A DNA stretch of 64,000 nucleotides. Origin: Octopus vulgaris (lineage: Eukaryota). Shown here one piece after another: positions 1-13,716 of this stretch. The position numbers and the translations under genes are program-made. Each line of letters opens with the position of its first letter. Positions within the stretch are counted from its first letter, which is position 1. The stretch is taken from contig OX597841.1 of the NCBI GenBank assembly GCA_951406725.2, forward strand, positions 186,001 through 250,000. Reading direction: 5' to 3'. Under the pieces are notes generated by a model. The model had not been told where the DNA came from. It saw only the letters and a program-made list of their open reading frames with translations, and searched no databases.

Positions 1-103
1 ATATATATATATATATATATATACGTATATATATACATATGTATATATATGTATATAAATATCTATATCTATATCTATCTATCCATCTCTTTCTCTCTCT
101 CTC

Positions 104-170
<67 letters not shown>

Positions 171-210
171 ATATGTATATATAAATGTATATATAAATGT
201 ATATATAAAT
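1..210. repeat. (TA)n/(TATC)n/(TATG)n microsatellite; many similar (TA)n, (CA)n, (GATA)n and (TAA)n tracts occur across the window
   Basis: Direct reading; other large tracts at 4525-4793, 16430-16580, 16950-17210, 23170-23355, 28860-29145, 41150-41775, 42570-42780, 63600-63730. Confidence 0.95.
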
Positions 211-984
211 GTTTTTGTTGTAATATAGATTTGTTTCTATACTGAATTTTGTTGTCTTTACGTTGGCATAGGAAACAGAACTCTTGTGAGTAATGGAAAA
301 CATTAAATATACCAGAAAATCATTTAGAAAATGACAAGATTAAAATGAAGCCACGAGCGGGTATGGATTTTGTAGACATGTTGCTCAGATTTAAGAAACT
401 CATCGCTTAAAAGCTAGAATATATGTTGTTCAATTTTTAATAGTGAACTGTATTTAATAGTATGTCGGTACGCGAGTAAAGTATGAAAGCAATAATGAGA
501 ACTGAAAATGGTGGAGTAAATATTCAGTTAAATAAATTAATTTAGTTCAAGTTGACAATATTACATATAAGAGGTTCATATTTATATATCGACTGACAGA
601 CACCAGAGTAGGTTGGTTGGTTGAATTAAATCTTATATTGATTATCATCAACATGACTGGCTTTCAGGTTTAGAAATTCATGTTTCGGCGGCAGAAAATT
701 ATTCAATGTTTAGATCGATAAATTTCGATGAAACTCAACAATCAGGAGAATCAGTGTTGTCATAAGTTCAAACCATGGTTGCATTTATTGAAACAGAAAT
801 CGATTGAAAAACAACATAAAAATGTAACATTAATTATTTATGTGGCAGTAATTATATATTAAGGCCAGCGTAGTACAAGGGACTACGAAGAAGGAAAAGG
901 AGGGGGCCCACATATTAAAAAATAATTGTTTCTGAAGCACTTTTTCCAATAGAACTCAGACATGCGATTAGTTTTCATCCTTGG

Positions 985-1535
985 TATACACTCTATCCTT
1001 TCTCTACGTACTGCTACTCGAGCCATTACTGCGGAAGCTGAGGGTTTGGAGGGGCATTCTGCGTGAATTTGGATATGGAAGGTTCGTGTCGGCGTATGCG
1101 GGTGAATTCACCGTGATAGTGTTGGACACCTCGCAAATTGAGATGGTCGGCAGTACCCTAAGGCAATTCGAAGCAGTGACAGGATCAATGATTAAACAGA
1201 AGAAGTCAGTAGGTCTGCAGCTCTGAACCTGGATTGGAAGGCCCTTGCTAACCTACAGTGTTGTGGGCGCTGGAAGGATGGACCTGTTACGTTGCTGAGG
1301 ATCTCTAAGTCCAGATCTCCAAATGGACTAGAACTGGTGCGAGGTGAAAGACAGGGTGGCCAGTGTCACCCAGAAATGGGCCTAGAGAAAGCTGTCCATG
1401 AAAGTTCTGTCGTCCCTTGTCCCGCGTCGTGGCAGAACGGGCTGGTGCGTAGGCTCTTATGCTTCTTGTGGAAGGGTCAGTTACCGCATGTCAGACGGTC
1501 CATTTGCTGTCAACACGTATTGCGTGGAGGATTGG
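985..1535 (+). mobile_element. Degenerate Tx1/L1-clade LINE RT fragment
   Basis: LSFLYVLLLEPLLRKL...VSAYAGEFTVIV (decayed PLSP/YADD region) and RRSICCQH..RGGLG; similar to 40500-40830 and 30380-30420. Confidence 0.7.
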
Positions 1536-1678
1536 GCCTTTATATATATATATTTATACTTAAACACAAAGTTTAGGTCGGCGATAGCGCAATCGTGTAC
1601 AAGAATACATAAGAACAAATCCTTACTCACGTATTGTGAATCACAATCCATTTGTTGCTTTTTGTTTATATATATATA

Positions 1679-2757
1679 CAGGGTGTCCCGAATTTAAGCA
1701 AACGAGGTTTCGGGCTTTAATATCTATCAATAAATGTGATAAGATATGAAAATTATACATCATTATAAAAACTCTGTGTGTTTTCTTCTTATTTGAGATT
1801 AAATAAATTTCGAGTCATAAATTACATCATGGCTAGAGACCGAAATATAATCGTAACCCTCCACACAGAGGGCTATAGAAAAAAACATAAATTAACCGAA
1901 TAATAGTTTGGAAAATTGTAAAGAAATTTCAAGACAGTGGTTGCATCGACGATCGACTTAGACGTCGCCGAAAATGAAGTTGGCCTACCCTTCAGCTGAT
2001 CAGTTGTACCTGATGAAAAACACGGCGAAATTCTCGTCGTTCCGTCAGAAAATTTGCTACCACAGCAAAAACAAGCGGAGCAGCGATGTATCGAGTGCTG
2101 AAGGTGGATGTGACGACCCACCCCTAGAAGATAATCCGAAGTCTGTAGATCACGCAATTTTACAAGACCCCCACAAACTGGAGAGAAATCGTCTTATCAC
2201 GCGTCAGATTGCTGAAGGCACGCTTGCAGATGAAAAGATACTTGTCATCGAACTGACAGTAAACTACCAGAAGGATCAACGTTCTAGGGTATCTGGCTCT
2301 GTCATGATTAGACTCGTAAATCGACGTCCAAATCCATTGTCACTTGAGGTTTGGACTGTTGTGAGAGCTACTGGAAGGTCTCCACTCGTTTTTGTGACCT
2401 CGGATGTTGAAACGAATTCCCAGCAATACATTAGCGACATTCAGGTAGCTGAACCGTTTCTATGGGCTGATGAGGACTTTCAAGGGGCACCTTCGAGACT
2501 CCAGGAGGAATCACCACATTCCCACAGGTCCGAGCAAACACAACACTCGATTAAGAAAGCATTCAGTCTTTCATAAGCAAGGATATATGGACCTCAAAAG
2601 GCTCCGATGTCAACTCGTTGGAGTTTTTCCTGTTTGGCCCATTTTGGATCCGAGGCTCTCGGTACCCTGAAAGCAAATCTGCGCTCAGTCCCGAAATATA
2701 TTAAAATCTTGCTATGGAAATATTGAAAAATTTGTTCGCCCTGATTTGGGGATACAC
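1679..2757 (+). mobile_element. Degenerate Tc1/mariner-superfamily DNA transposon (maT/DD37D-like)
   Basis: TA|CAGGGTGTCCCGAATT end. ORF 1974-2576 has DEK...NYQKDQR...VWTVVRATGRSPLVFV, followed by FISKDIWTSKGSDVNSLEF (decayed WPxxSPDLNPLDF). Confidence 0.75.
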
Positions 2758-3936
2758 ATAAGCGCGCGCGCACGCACACGCATACACTCACACATTCGAG
2801 CACGCACACACACACTTATGAAAGCAGTCTCTGTTATGGTTGAAATAGTGAGTGCACTGATTCAGAAATATGTTTACTTTTCATCATCCATGGTGATTGA
2901 TTTCAATGATTTGAATGAATTCTTTAATGGAAGACTTCGGTCCAGCGACCTTCAACGTATCTCCACCTACTGAAACACCAACATCACCTCACGCAATCAC
3001 CAGGTATTAACACTGCAACGTCACTATCAAAAACATCAGAGCTACATTACTGCTAACATCGGAACGACTTCAACAACTACACAGGCGTATCTTCTGTATG
3101 TTTCGTGAAGCGCATTTCTCTACTCAAGAACTTCTTTTCTTCGTAGTAACAAAGAAGACGTATTGAAAAGTTTGGTGTACTTTCACTCTTCTGGAGAAAT
3201 ACAAGCATATTAGTAAACAAGATTGAACTGAGTGGATGGTTCTGTGGTTTTTGGTCAATCTGCGTCTTTTGGTAATATCGGACAAGTCTAAGTCTGAAGG
3301 TGATACTGATAAGAGAACATAGGACAGCCAGCATTGGACAGATCTGGCATTTATGAAAAGTCCTGATATCTGTACATTCTACTGTGGTTAATAGAAGAAA
3401 GTACTTACAATAGAAGACAGGAAGGAGAGCAGAGAGCAGTTGTGCCCTTAATGAACAGTCCTGAAAGAAGTCCTCACATAACCACCTAAAGTGTAGGGGC
3501 GGCCCTGCACCTCATTGAAAGTAAGTGTTTTCTTTTTTTTTTATCGCATTCTGCTTTATTTGCGGCCGTATGTATTATGATTAGGAGGTGAGTGTGTCTT
3601 TAATCGCGAATTGTGAAGTGAGAAAGATTTTGAGACCGTGTTTAATCACCAGATCAACTCTGATCCAACAGAGCTATGATCTATAGTATTCCAAATGTGA
3701 CCATCTCATCTTTTGTTAAGTGACAATGTATTTATGATTACATCATCCAGTTGGTTTCTGTTCCAGTTATTTAGTAACACGTCATCACCAATGGAGGTAA
3801 CACATTCACGGATACAAAAAAAAAACATATATTAATAATAAATTAAATACAGAGATACAATTTTCAATCGATTAATTTATTTATATTATAACAATATACT
3901 ATGATTATTATATAAAAATTATTAAAAAACCAAAAA

Positions 3937-4016
3937 AGCCAACAATTTGTTTCGGTTTATATACATCTTTTGATATATAAACAATTGATTTTCCTTACAT
4001 AAGGCTCATCAGAGCC
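3937..4016 (-). ncRNA. Hammerhead-like motif with two hairpins in stem II (copy at 24452-24531)
   Basis: GGCU-CUGAUGA-G[CCUUAugUAAGG..GUUUAUAUAUCaaaaGAUGUAUAUAAAC]C-GAAA-CAAaUUG-UU-GGCU; stem I relies on wobble pairs. Confidence 0.4.
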
Positions 4017-4522
4017 AGTGGTTTAAAGATTGACGAAATTCCGTGTGAAAATACGGTTGGATTGTAAAAATTAATTCCAATACCTATGTATTATGAGCGT
4101 GAGCGTTAACTATTCAACTAGATAGCACACAAGTAAGTCTATGACATTTCAATTTAAGACGGCATCGATGAATCGCATCTCATCTTTTCAAATATCATTA
4201 AAATATATCAAAGTCTGAATTAAAAACAGTTTATCTTCTGTCCAGTGGACAGGAATATGTCTGGAGTTTTTTCGTTGAAATTTTCATTAAACATAGATTG
4301 GTATATAGTTCAAAGAGAGAGAGAAAAAGGGTGTTCTGCTTGGTACTTTAAGATAAAAGTTTAAGATTTTCAGTTTAACTAATTCAATTGTAACACAAGG
4401 AATGGATACCTTTTGCCAAAAGAGAATTATCTTTTTACTACAATCTTGACAATTTGTTTATCTGTCTGTTCCTGCCAAGAGAGTGGCTAAAATGTATATA
4501 TTGACTGGCTTTTATATCTGGG

Positions 4523-4613
<91 letters not shown>

Positions 4614-4681
4614 GGATAGACAGATAGCTAGCTAGGTTGCTAGATATATAGACAGACAGATAGATAGATAGATAGACAGAC

Positions 4682-4793
<112 letters not shown>

Positions 4794-4904
4794 GCAAGTA
4801 CTTCCACACACTTCCCGTCTAACAAATTCCCAAGTAGCCGCTCATTTTGATTGAGCCAGGAGGCACATGATTTCCAAGCGACCTTCTTAACCTTACTGCT
4901 GTGC

Positions 4905-5450
4905 CTGCGCTTATATTGTGCCGTCTGTGTCTTTCATTAATGACCATGAATGAAAGCCCTAGATTTCCACCCAACTGGGAAAGTGTTGTCTGTGTTTGAA
5001 TAGTCCTATGCGCAAATGCCAGTACCTTCCACATTAGTCACACTTGTAGGTTGTACCTATGGTGTTTGGGTTTTTATGTTCTTCCATTCTGCTGTATTGT
5101 CTGGAATTAACCCTATGGAACAGAGAGTTCAATTTGACCCAACCCTGCTCACAGTGGTATGGAGATTGTTGCCATGCAATGTGTCCCTGCTCTTTGCATC
5201 ATTGATGGACCCAAATGAACAACAACAAGCGTTGCAATTCCCTATCGGCCTCGTCGTAGGAGTTGCGAGAGTGAGCTGGTAGACAGCTTCGAACTGCCTC
5301 AGGGTGTTTGATGCCCGATTTTCCCTCAGTGTTTAGACCCAAACACCTTCCCATGCTTTAGTATTGTTGCAAGGTGTCGGAGGTTTGGAATTAGAGTTTC
5401 CTTTCTCCTAAGTGGGTTGCCCCCAACCCAACACCACCAGGCTAATGAGC
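4905..5450 (-). mobile_element. Internally deleted RTE-like retroelement
   Basis: Minus strand encodes YKCD*CGRYWHLRIGLFKHRQH (RTE C-terminal C2H2-like motif CxxCxRxCxSRIGLxSH); paralogous copy at ~30530-31075. Confidence 0.55.
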
Positions 5451-5695
5451 CCAATCTTATATACTGAATTACTAATTAACCTAAAGCTGGGACCTTGACG
5501 AGTACTTCGTCTCCGGTCAGATAAGACGTTGGAACAACCCTGGTTAAGAAACGATTCTAAACACTTTAAAACTCGGGAATTTTCCAATTAGGGGCCCCGT
5601 ACTGAATGCAATTTAAAGGACATCCTAAGACCTATGTTTCTAAATCGTTTTCTCTTCCAAACATCCTTCCACTCACACACAAACACTCTCCATCT

Positions 5696-5724
5696 TCTAA
5701 TTGTATCTCTCTCTTCTTTTTCAG
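5696..5724 (+). promoter_or_regulatory. Branch point + polypyrimidine tract + AG acceptor upstream of gene A ATG (probable 5' UTR intron)
   Basis: tCTAATtgtatctctctcttctttttCAG|G; identical copy ending at 31364 upstream of gene B. Confidence 0.5.
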
Positions 5725-5914
5725 GATATTTTTCTGTTACTCTTTCACGCTTTGCGACCCTTTCTGTCTTTCTCTTCCCCGTTCCATCTTTATTTATTAA
5801 AATTCATCTTGTCCCCTTGCTGAATCTTCTCATAACTCTCCCCACCTCATTCGTTCTTTCTTTCTCGCCATTTCTTTCCCTTTCTGTCTCCCTCTAATAA
5901 TCTCAAAACCAAGA

Positions 5915-6245
5915 ATGTCCCTGTTTCCCTTTACCCGTCCTGCTGCAATGGATGTGCTGCTGTTAGCTCTTACAACCATCCTGGCTGTCACCTCAGATCA
6001 GGAATTTGATGAAGCTTACTACAATCGTTTGGGACCTGGTTATTCCTATGATTATATTGGGACACCTCCAACAGAACGATTCCACACCGTATCAAGTCTA
6101 CCGGAATGTGCCTTCTATGCTCTAAACAGCCAATCAGAATACTTTACTTACAACAAAGTCAGCCGTGTTTGCAAGAATTACTCACCGAAATATAAAATGA
6201 CAGTCGTCAGCACTAATGACAACAACGAGACAGCCTTCTATAGAT
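5915..6245 (+). CDS. Gene A coding exon 1 (signal peptide + PAN/apple-like segment)
   Basis: MSLFPFTRPAAMDVLLLALTTILAVTSDQEF...SLPECAFYALNSQSEYFTYNKVSRVCKNY...AFYR, then T|GTAAGT donor at 6246. Second ATG at 5948 in gcaATGg context precedes the hydrophobic stretch. Confidence 0.85.
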
Positions 6246-6399
6246 GTAAGTGGATCTTCTTTATTATTACTGTTGACTTATTTTTACATTGTTCGGTCAG
6301 ATCAAAGTACCAGTTGAACATCAGCGGTCGATGAAATCTACTTACTCATCTACCCTCGAAATTGCTGGCCAAGATTTCGAAACCATTTTATAGTTGCTG

Positions 6400-6700
6400 T
6401 AGATATTATTGTTTCTATTGCTGTTAACCAGCACTTCAATTTTATTTGTTTTTCTTGTTCACTTAGTCTTTGTCGAGTTACAGCAAACATTCCCTTTTTA
6501 AACCATATCTCTTTCATTCTGTCCGATGTAGCCAAATCTACTACTTTCGTTCCGGATGTGACATTCCTTCATCAATGCAATCCGTCTTTCTTCCTTTCCT
6601 TCGTACTACAGTCGCTAGATGACGACCGGACCTACCCTGCCGGGCGAGAGATCTTCATCGTTCACAATTCAAATCTCATTCTCACTATTGTTCAGATCAT
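6400..6700 (-). mobile_element. Old Dong/R4 N-terminal fragment in intron 1 (also ~32030-32330)
   Basis: RMKEIWFKKGMFAVTRQRLSEQEKQIKLKCWLTAIE resembles the N-terminal domain of R4/Dong ORFs (compare the 10848-13697 N-terminus); shared by A and B. Confidence 0.45.
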
Positions 6701-6997
6701 TTTCTACTTGGCATTTTCACTCATACAGAGTGTTGCGATAATGAGGTGATACAATTACCGTTTTTTTTGTTGAGACATCATCCCTAAATTGATTGCTCAG
6801 CCCCAGTCAAATGCCAGCCTGGTATTTCAAGGTCACGTCTTGGACTTTCAGGTACTACAATTTTCACTAGGCTTACATGGCGGGGATCATTTTTAAGAGT
6901 AACCTCTTTATTCCCACATCTAGTCACAAACGGGTACAGTTTAACACCAGAGCCACACAATTCCAAGCCTTATGCTTTCATAGAAAAGAGCCTAGTT

Positions 6998-7051
<54 letters not shown>

Positions 7052-7083
7052 TTCATCATCATTATTATTATTATTATTATTAC

Positions 7084-9585
7084 ATTTTTCTTCTTCTTTC
7101 AAATTTACTTCCATTTCTTGCCGAGCGTCTTCCCGACTCCTAGGGCAAAGAAACTCCATAGTATACATTGGTAGGCCATTAAACCAACCTCAATAGTTTG
7201 TTCATTTTTTAATTTTTTTTTTTTAAGGTTAAATTAAAATACATGGGCAGTAACAGCTCTCACAGCGACAATGCTCTTCTCAATACGTGTGATGTACCAG
7301 TTAAGACAATCTTTTGCACTTCTTGCAGGGATGGTAAGCCAGGTATCATTCTCATGTAATTTTCGGTTCCCTTCTTGATCATTCCTAGTGCTCCTACGAT
7401 CACTGGTATTGTAACCGCCTTGAGATGCCACATTTTCTCAATTTCAATGAGCAGGTCTTTATATTTTCTGAGCTTGTCAAACTCTTTCGCCGAGATATTA
7501 TGATCGCAGGGGATGCTCATGTCGATCAATAAGCAAACTTTATTTTTTTTGTCTTTCACAACAATATCTGGTTTATTGGCTTTGATGGTTCGGTCTGTAT
7601 GTACTGGAATGTCCCACAGAATCGTTACATTTTCTCCTTCAGTTACAGCTTCAGGGTGGTTATTATACCACTTGTCGGCAGTTTTGATATTGTAATGCCG
7701 ACTTATTAGCCAGTGTAGATATTGGCCAACTCTGTCATGTCTTAATTTATACTCCACTGGTGCTAAGACTTTACATCCAGAGATTAGGTGGTCCACTGTT
7801 TCAATCAAGTAATTGCAGAATCGGCATTTTAGGTCTGCTCCATTTTTCATTACATTGGCCTGGTAGTTCCGGGTTAATAGGCTTTGATCTTGAGCAGCCA
7901 GGATGAAACCTTTGCTCTCTGCTTTTAGCCCTGAGCTCCGTAGCCACTGATGGGTTTGCTTCTGGTCAACATCAGCTTGTTTGCTACGGGCCACATATTT
8001 GCCGTGCAGAGGTTTCTCCTCCTACCTATCAGCCAATTGCACGTGCGCTTTTTTCGTTGCCATTATTTTCAACTTCTTTGCAACAATAGTTGCTGTACTT
8101 CCCTCGGGTTGTTCAGTTTGGGTATCCTGCACGAGATCAATAGCAAATTTTTTGCTTTCCTTTATGATAGAATGAAGCTTGTTTCGTCTCTCGTGATTTT
8201 CCACGAGCTTTAGCATCCAGTCATTCGTTATTTCAAGATATTTGGCCAGTCCAATTGTGGTTGTTTTGTAAGCTAGTTCAAATTGGATCAGGCCTCGACC
8301 TCCTTGGGCTCTGGGAAGGTAAAGGCGATCTACGTCTGCCTTTGGGTGGTGCATGCTATTACAACTCAGCAGCTTGCGTATTTTCCTGTCTATATTCTTT
8401 ACTTCACTCATATTCCAGTTCAACACATTGTAGCTATAAGTAACAACTGGAACTGCTAAGGAATTTATAGCTAACACCTTGTTACGTGCATTTAGTTCAG
8501 ATTTCAGGACTGCACGAACTCTCCTATAACATTCCTTCCTGATCTTCTGTTTCATGCTTGCATGCTGAATACCAGAGCCTTCATATATCCCTAAATATTT
8601 GTATGTTTGTTCTTGCTCAAGCTCTCTTATGACTGTGTCAACATCTAACACGACTGAATTTGTGGTCTTCACTTTCCCTTTCTGGAAAGTAGCCTTGGCA
8701 CACTTCTCAAGTCCAAACTCCATCCCGATGTCATCGCTGAATGCTTTCACGGTGCGCAATAGGCCTTCAAGTTTATTATTGTCTTACCATAGAGTTTTAA
8801 GTCATCCATATAAAATAGATGGCTTATTTTTTTATTGACAATTTTATACCCATACTCTGTTCTGTTTAATTCACTTGTAAGGGGTATTAGGGCTATGCAG
8901 AATATTAAAGGTGAAAGTGAGTCACCTTGAAAAATTCCACAGTTGATGTTTATATTTTCTGAGGCAAGTACTCCATTAGAGTGGTATAATTGGAGATTCG
9001 TATTCCACAACGACATATTGTGCTTCAGGAAGCTTGAAATCACAGGGGAAATTTTGAAGATGTCCAGCGATCTCAAGATCCATGGATGCGGTATACTGTC
9101 GAAGGCCTTTTTATAGTCAATCCATGCGAAGCTGAGAATTCTGCGCTTGTTGTGACAGTTCTCAAGGATCATACGATTAATTAGCAGTTGATCTTTGCAT
9201 CCGTATGAGCCTCGGCGGCACCCTTTTTGTTCAATGGGGAAAATATCGTTCTTCTCTATGAATGCATATGTTTTCTCCGCCAGGATAGATGTTAGGATTT
9301 TATACGTGGTGGATAGACAGGTTATAGGCCGATAGTTTTTGGAAGGTTGGTTTCGTTATTCTTTGGGAGTAGGTAAGTAATACCACTTGCTAACCATTCA
9401 GGTGTTTTCTTTGGGTCTCTCATAATTCCATTGAGCAGCTGAACTAGCTTACCGTGCGCGCATGGGAGAGATGCGAGCCAGAAATTTGGCACCCTATCTT
9501 TACCGGGGGATTTCCAATTATGGGCGTTCGTGAGTGCCTTTCTTAGGTCTGCTATTGTGATGTCTTCCCATGCTTGTTGTAAATT
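7084..9585 (-). mobile_element. 5'-truncated Dong/R4-clade non-LTR retrotransposon (RT + restriction-like endonuclease), disrupted
   Basis: ORF pieces 9172-8747, 8759-8022, 7994-7260 contain WIDYKKAFDS, GIFQGDSLSP, YMDD, CRFC...H.ISGC, RHD, KPDI...LIDMSIP...K..KY. The 3' end abuts (TAA)n. Confidence 0.92.
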
Positions 9586-9611
9586 TTGGTAGGATCCTTC
9601 AGTTTGTATAA

Positions 9612-9657
<46 letters not shown>

Positions 9658-9658
<1 letters not shown>

Positions 9659-12600
9659 TATGTTTGACTTTTGCTTTATATTTGTACAAGTTGGCTCCAA
9701 GTCTCACCCAGAGACCTCAAGAGACAACAGGGTTGGAAGTTCATGTTGTTGTTATGCCTAGTGTGCCATATATTTGGGGGGTGGGGATGTTGTACTAATG
9801 AATGTCTAAAAAAAAAAAAAAAAGGTTTTTTTTTTTTTTTTTTTTTTTTAAACCGAAAATTATGTTTGTTTTAAACCTTGAGATTACATAGAGAGTATTT
9901 TGCGTAGGATATGAGCAGTTCCCATGAGCACTATCTTTTGAACTTCTGCCATTTTTGGGTTTCCTGGTATCTGAGTTAGGTAGCTATCAGCCCCTTTTGC
10001 TATCATTCCCAGGGCACCTATGACAACAGGTATTGTTTTAGTCTTCAGCTTCCACATTTTGCTGATTTCTATTTCAAGATCTTTATATTTGCTCAGTTTT
10101 TGGTAGGTCTTGACAGATACGTTTATATCGATTGGGACAGTCATATCAATGAGGAGGCATGTTCTTTGTTTGAAGTTTTTCAATATGATGTCTGGCCTAT
10201 TTGCATCTATCTTCCTGTCAGTTTGAATGGTGAAGTTCCAGAGGAGTGAGATGTGGTCATTTTCAAGCACTGGGGGTGGTTTGTGTTCCCACCAGTTTTT
10301 TTCATGGGGCAAATCCAGGTTTTTACAGATTACCCAGTGAATATATTGTGCAGCTCTATCGTGCCTGTTGAGATACTCTGTAGGCGCTAGAAGACTGCAC
10401 TTGGAGACCACATGGTCAATGGTTTCATTTTGTTGCTTGCATACACGACACGTTGGACTGCTTCTGATCTTTAATATGTTGGCCTGGTAGTTTCTTGTTG
10501 GTAGGCATTGATCTTGAGCTGCTATGATAAACCCCTCTGTTTCAGATTTTAAGCCAGAGGCCATTAGCCATTGATGGGTCAGGGCTTTGTCGATATCTGC
10601 ATTATTCGCTCTCTTTGGGTATTTGCCATAGAGAGGTTTTTCTTGCCATTTATTATTCAGAATATCTAAGGCCGCAGTTTTGGCACGGGTTTTCATGCGC
10701 CTAGCTTTTTCTGTGCTTGTTTCTTGTATATCTATCTCCGAAATTGGTTGTATTCGGAATTCACTTAGATATTCCTTTGCCTGTTTTGTGACTGAGTATG
10801 ATGCTTTCTTGTTTTCATGTTTTGAGACAAGTTTTAGCATCCAGTCCTCAGAGTTTTTCAGGTAGGTGTCTAGGCCAATTGTAGCAATCTTCATTGTTAT
10901 TGCCAGTTGCAAAAGACCACGGCCTCTCCTCTTTTCTTGGCAGATAGAGTCGTTCTGTATCTGCCTTAGGGTGGTGCATTCTATGCATTGTCAACAGTTT
11001 CCTTATTTTTCTGTCGAGCTGACATATTTCAGTAATTGACCAGTTAACAATATTGAAACTGTAAGTCACGACTGGTATAGCTAATGCATTGATTGCTTCG
11101 ATCCTGTTTCTTGCATTCAGCTCTGTCTTGAGTATTGCTCTCACTCTTCGATAGCATTCTCTCCTGATCCTTTCCTTCATCTCTGAATGCCTTATTCCGT
11201 TCCCTTCAATTATCCCTAGGTACTTGTAGCTCTCCGCTGGGTCTAGTTCTTTTATGACATTCTGTTGGTCAAGGTTAACGTTAGATGTTTCGGTCATTTT
11301 TCCTTTGATAAAGGTAGCCTTTGCACATTTATCGAGGCCGAATTGCATTCTGATGTCGTCACTGAATTGTTTGACTATCGCTAGTAAGCCCTTGAGTTGT
11401 TGATCATTTTTTGCAAAAAGCTTTAAATCATCCATGTAAACGAGATGATTTATATTTTTATCAAACATTTTATACCCGTACTGCGCGTCATTGAGCAGCT
11501 TTGAGAGAGGTATTAAGGATAAACAAAAGAGGAGTGGTGACAGTGAGTCACCCTGGAAAATGCCACACGAAATTTTTACATCACCAGCATTTAGGAATTC
11601 ACTGTCACTGTTCAGAGTTAGTGTGGTTCTCCATGATCTCATACTTACAGTCAAGAAGTTTCGCAGAGTTGGTGCTATCTTATACATTTCAAGGCATTTT
11701 CTAATCCAGCTATGTGGTAGGCTATCAAAAGCCTTTTTATAGTCTATCCAGGCTATTGATAAGTTCTTGTGTCGTTTGTGACAATCTTCTAAGATCATCT
11801 TATTGATGAGTAGTTGGTCTTTACAGCCGTAGGATCCACGTTTACATCCTTTCTGTTCATTAGGGAATATGCTGCTGTCTGTTAAAAAACTATAGGTATA
11901 TTCCGTCAGGACAGATGTTAGTGTTTTGTACATAGTTGTTAAGCAGGTTATGGGTCTATAGTTTTTTGGTTCATTTGTTTCTTCACTTTTTGGAAGCAGG
12001 AATGTTAACCCATTAACTAGCCAAGGAGGCATCCTACTAGGGTGTTGCAAAACATCATTGTACAGTTCTGTTAGCAGTTCATGGCTCTCTGGGAAGGCAT
12101 TCAGCCAGAAGTTAGGAATTTTATCCTTTCCTGGAGACTTCCATTTGCTTGACCTCCTGAGAGCAGATCTTATATCTTCTACCTTGACACCCTCCCACTT
12201 TTGCTCTTCTAAGGGGTCCAGTTCTGTAGATATTCTGTCAATCCAGGGGGCCTTTTCGTTGTGTGTTTTTTCTTCTGCCCAGATTTTATTCCAAAATCTC
12301 TGCACTTCTTCTTTTGATGGTACAGACCCTGCAGTAAACGCTGTTTTTCCTATTTTCCGGTAAAAATTCTTGGTGTTATTTTTGAACATGTTGTTGTCCT
12401 TGAAAAATCTAACACGCTTTTCATACCTCGCCATGCGGGCAGCTTTGGCAGATACCTTTTGTTTGATGGTTTCTATGGTGGCATCAATATCAAGTATAGT
12501 TTTCATATTGTATTTTTTCAGTAATTTTTGGGTTTTTGTAGGTTTGGTAATCTTGTGAGCCTTAAGGTTTTTCAAATATTCAATGTCAGATCTAAATATT

Positions 12601-13716
12601 TTAATTTGTTGTTGCAGACGCTCTTGCCAAGAAGGCTTTTTGTGGGACTGTTGCCGTTTTCTAATCTTTACACCACATAGGATCGTTGAGATTTTCGCGG
12701 ATGCATAGTATAGGTGGTTGAGGTTTGTGATATCAACATCATTAACTGAAATTATATCCTTAAGTGCAAGCCGGATTTTACCAATTATTTTCATGTTTTG
12801 GTTAGAGTTGCGGATTTTAGGAAGTGTATCACGCTCATCCATGCTGGTTTCTTTAATTTTCAGCCATTCAATCATGATTTGATTTTTTAGCTCATGTAGT
12901 TCTGTTGGGTCAATATTTGTGTGACTTTCTTTATCTATTTGATGCTCATCTGTCTTAGTGTTTATGATTGGTTCAGGGCGTATTTCACTTTGCCTATCCC
13001 TTATACTAACTCTTTCAATCCTCTCTTCGTTTTTATCCGCCCTGGGCTGGTCTATAATCATTTCCTCTGTATTATCTTCTCTAGCTGCAGCTTCGTTCAT
13101 TTTATCCGATATTGCTTGTCTAACCTGATCAATCTCTACTTCAGTCAGTAATTTCTTTTTTATAATGTTTCTTCTAACATTGGCAAGCTTGTTACTGTCT
13201 ATGTAGGGTCTTACTTCAGGGTGTTTCTGTCTCCAGTTTAAGTATGCTTGTACAGTGCTAGACTTATCTGTGGGGAAATATATGGCATGGTAGAAGGCCT
13301 CAAGAACTTCTTTATTATCTTCCCTAGACCATTTTTCCTTCTTTTTCTTTTGATTATTTGGTGATGAGCATGGATGGCCATCTGTTGGAATATTCCGGTT
13401 GTGGGGTTCGTCCAGCTCCTGTGTGTTGGGAAGATTTGATCCAGTAACTGATTTTTCAATCAGGATTTGGTTCAATTTTCGGGTACGTGGTCTTTTGTAA
13501 TCCGCGCAATGACCAATGCGGTTTATTGTTTGATTTGTTGACCTTGAAGCATGACGAGCATCCATTCTTATATTAGGAGATGGATCTGTCAGTTTAGGGT
13601 TCACTACATGTAAGCATTGCTCATAGCGCCGCTTCTTAAGACTAGCAGATCTATATTCGTCTGTATTTTTTTTGTTGATAGTTTTATCTCCGGACATTTT
13701 TTTTTTTTTTTTTTTT
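9658..13716 (-). mobile_element. Near full-length Dong/R4-clade retrotransposon, single frameshift near 10927
   Basis: ORFs 13697-10848 (949 aa, RT with YMDD) and 10912-9884 (CCHC + PD..D endonuclease) join into ~1270 aa if one base is removed (PRKEGGRGLLQL). The 3' end abuts (TAA)n at 9612-9657. Confidence 0.93.

Noticed and set aside
1974-2576. 200-aa ORF as a host gene or active transposase
   Set aside because: Decayed transposase: the second and third catalytic motifs are mutated and frameshifted.
2927-3520. Coding exon of an FG/Ser-Thr-rich protein in the thrice-repeated upstream block
   Set aside because: Stops and frame differences occur in every copy, with no consistent reading frame; kept only as a candidate non-coding exon.
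5915-6334. Single-exon 139-aa ORF (and 113-aa ORF at 31554-31895)
   Set aside because: Homology and a GTAAGT donor show the coding exon ends at 6245/31887; the remainder is intron read-through.
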